The position numbers and the translations under genes were made by a program. DNA of 19,931 nt from a virus (Duplodnaviria > Heunggongvirae > Uroviricota > Caudoviricetes): the IMG/VR virus record IMGVR_UViG_2690316049_000008, positions 1 to 19,931 of that record; one strand, written 5' to 3'. The notes under the pieces were generated by a model. That model saw nothing but the letters and a program-made list of their open reading frames with translations, had not been told where the DNA came from and did not search any database. This document shows positions 18,713 to 19,931 of this stretch, piece by piece. Positions within the stretch are counted from its first letter, which is position 1. Each line of letters opens with the position of its first letter.

Positions 18713-19134
18713 TTTCCGAATAGAGTGCTCATCGGTGATGTTTCAATCTGAATTGCGCCGCCGTCTTTGCCGACAAGCTCGTTAGTTACCTTGTCGCCAT
18801 ACTTACGGGGATTCATTCGGGCCAGCGCCCATTTGCGGGTATCAACGCGAAGTCTTGCCTTTGCCACCTCAGCAGCATCTGGAATCGCAGTGTCAGCAAT
18901 TTCGAATATCTCTTCGAAAATAGAATCAGCTCGTGCCTCAGTTGCCTTCGCGTACTTGTCTCTAAATTCTTCATGCTCTGACAGCCAGCGAAATACAGTA
19001 GCCTTTGCTGGCATGCCGGGGCGCTTGCAAACCTTAACCAGACTTTCCCCGGAGGCAAGCAGCGCACAGATATCATCAGCCACCTCCGGTAGGTAATCCG
19101 AAGGGCGACCGACATTCTTTTTCTCAGTCGCCAT
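18709..19134 (-). CDS. terS: Terminase small subunit
   Basis: 141-aa ORF directly upstream of and overlapping terL. The N-terminal region (RPSDYLPEVADDICALLASGESL) looks like a helix-turn-helix DNA-binding part. Resembles the Sf6-type small terminase as I recall it. Confidence 0.85.
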   Translation of the reverse strand: MATEKKNVGRPSDYLPEVADDICALLASGESLVKVCKRPGMPAKATVFRWLSEHEEFRDKYAKATEARADSIFEEIFEIADTAIPDAAEVAKARLRVDTRKWALARMNPRKYGDKVTNELVGKDGGAIQIETSPMSTLFGK

Positions 19135-19213
19135 ATTGATTATTTCCCTTCTGCTTGCTTATCCCATTCATCGCGGAATTTGGATGGGTTGTCGAAACCT
19201 TGAGTTGCCATGT

Positions 19214-19456
19214 TTATGCTCCGGTAGTGAACAGGTCTAACGCTTCCTTCGATTTACGCACCGCTTCAAATGTGCGGATCGTGATATCCGAATTAGCGCC
19301 ACCTGACTGGAAGTGAATTTTGAATAGCTCAAGCTTCAGTTCGTCAGTGCCAATGAATTGAAATGCTTCTTCTGCGGCTGCGTTCTGGTTCATGACCAGT
19401 TTGTAAATCTCTAACTGGAATTTCTGTTCTTCAGTCATGGGAATAATCTCTGCCAT
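19214..19456 (-). CDS. Hypothetical protein (80 aa), acidic, predicted helical
   Basis: ATG at 19456 preceded by GGAG at 6-nt spacing. Sits between the gp66-family gene and terS. No recognisable motif. Confidence 0.6.
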   Translation of the reverse strand: MAEIIPMTEEQKFQLEIYKLVMNQNAAAEEAFQFIGTDELKLELFKIHFQSGGANSDITIRTFEAVRKSKEALDLFTTGA

Positions 19457-19475
19457 TGTTGGCTCCGTTTATCCG

Positions 19476-19503
19476 TTAAAAGGGATATCAGTTAAGTTAT
19501 CCC
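19476..19503 (-). terminator. Weak terminator-like hairpin between the gp66-family gene and the 80-aa ORF
   Basis: On the minus strand: GGGATA, 10-nt loop, TATCCC, then TTTTAA (6-bp stem, 19482-19503). Stem is short and the loop large, so function is uncertain. Confidence 0.3.
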
Positions 19504-19559
19504 GTGTAGGGTATAAGCCATTATCAAAGCCACTCAGTAAGGAATGGCTTTTGTAATAA

Positions 19560-19931
19560 CTACTGTTCGCTTAGCTTCTGCTTCAGCAAGTAACCTTCGA
19601 GCATCCAGATTTTGTTTACAGCATTCTGCCGGGCAATCTTCCGACCAATTTCTGCATCAAAATTTTCCGGACTTGCACAGGCACTCTCTCCGGTGACGGT
19701 GAAGCCGTTGCGCAGCACCAGGACGCAGAACGTCAGCAGAGAAAGTGATTCGTGCGGCTGGTAGTTTACCTCTCCGCCAGTATGTTTCGCTTTTATGGCT
19801 TTGCCAAAGGCACCATCCTCTGCTGTGAAATATGCCTCCTGAGCAATAATTCCTTCGATATGGTCTGGCGTAACTCGCGGTGCCGTTTTGCCTTTCTCAA
19901 CGATTTCTTTTTCGATTTGCTGGTCGTTCAT
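19560..19931 (-). CDS. Phage protein of the N4 Gp49 / Sf6 gene-66 family (function unknown)
   Basis: 123-aa ORF whose ATG is the last codon position of the window (19931). Motifs such as TFCVLVLRNGFTVTGESACASPENFDAEIGRKIARQNA resemble my recollection of this family. Its position just upstream of terS matches Sf6 gene 66. Confidence 0.65.
   Translation of the reverse strand: MNDQQIEKEIVEKGKTAPRVTPDHIEGIIAQEAYFTAEDGAFGKAIKAKHTGGEVNYQPHESLSLLTFCVLVLRNGFTVTGESACASPENFDAEIGRKIARQNAVNKIWMLEGYLLKQKLSEQ

Noticed and set aside
19143-19211. 23-aa ORF (MATQGFDNPSKFRDEWDKQAEGK) between the 80-aa ORF and terS
   Set aside because: Too short, hydrophilic and without any supporting feature to call as a gene; mentioned only as part of the intergenic finding.
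1-19931. CRISPR arrays, rRNA genes, insertion sequences or transposase genes
   Set aside because: No regularly spaced direct repeats, no rRNA-like conserved stretches and no transposase-like ORFs with terminal inverted repeats were seen. The only tandem repeat is the coding repeat in the tail-needle gene.

Overview
This window looks like the late (virion) region of a P22-like podovirus, of the Sf6/HK620 type, joined to its integrase by a short AT-rich cargo segment. It may be a phage genome or a prophage; no att site or tRNA is visible to decide. All calls are from reading the sequence and ORF track by eye; no database search was run. On the minus strand from 19931 down to 3063 the gene order is the P22 late order: gp49/Sf6-gp66-family protein, an 80-aa ORF, small and large terminase, portal, scaffold, coat, a small ORF, gp4-like adaptor, gp10-like tail hub, gp26-like tail needle with a C-terminal knob, gp14-like protein, three ejection proteins (gp7/gp20/gp16-like) and a mosaic tailspike. 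Most junctions are tightly packed or overlapping (ATGA, TAATG). There is no immI-type insert (sieA/mnt/arc/ant in P22) between the last ejection gene and the tailspike, only 164 bp with an inverted repeat and a tiny antisense ORF. The most interesting part is 1159-3066, a very AT-rich block between the integrase and the tailspike, in the position where P22 carries gtrABC and Sf6 carries oac. It encodes a ~450-aa polytopic membrane protein, translationally coupled to the tailspike, which I interpret as a Wzy/WaaL-like O-antigen polymerase or ligase-type protein. Convergent to it is a ~105-aa single-pass membrane protein with its own strong terminator. Together they are a candidate, uncharacterised O-antigen (seroconversion) or surface-modification module. 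A P4-family tyrosine integrase occupies 1-1158 on the plus strand. No rRNA, tRNA, CRISPR array or IS element was recognised.
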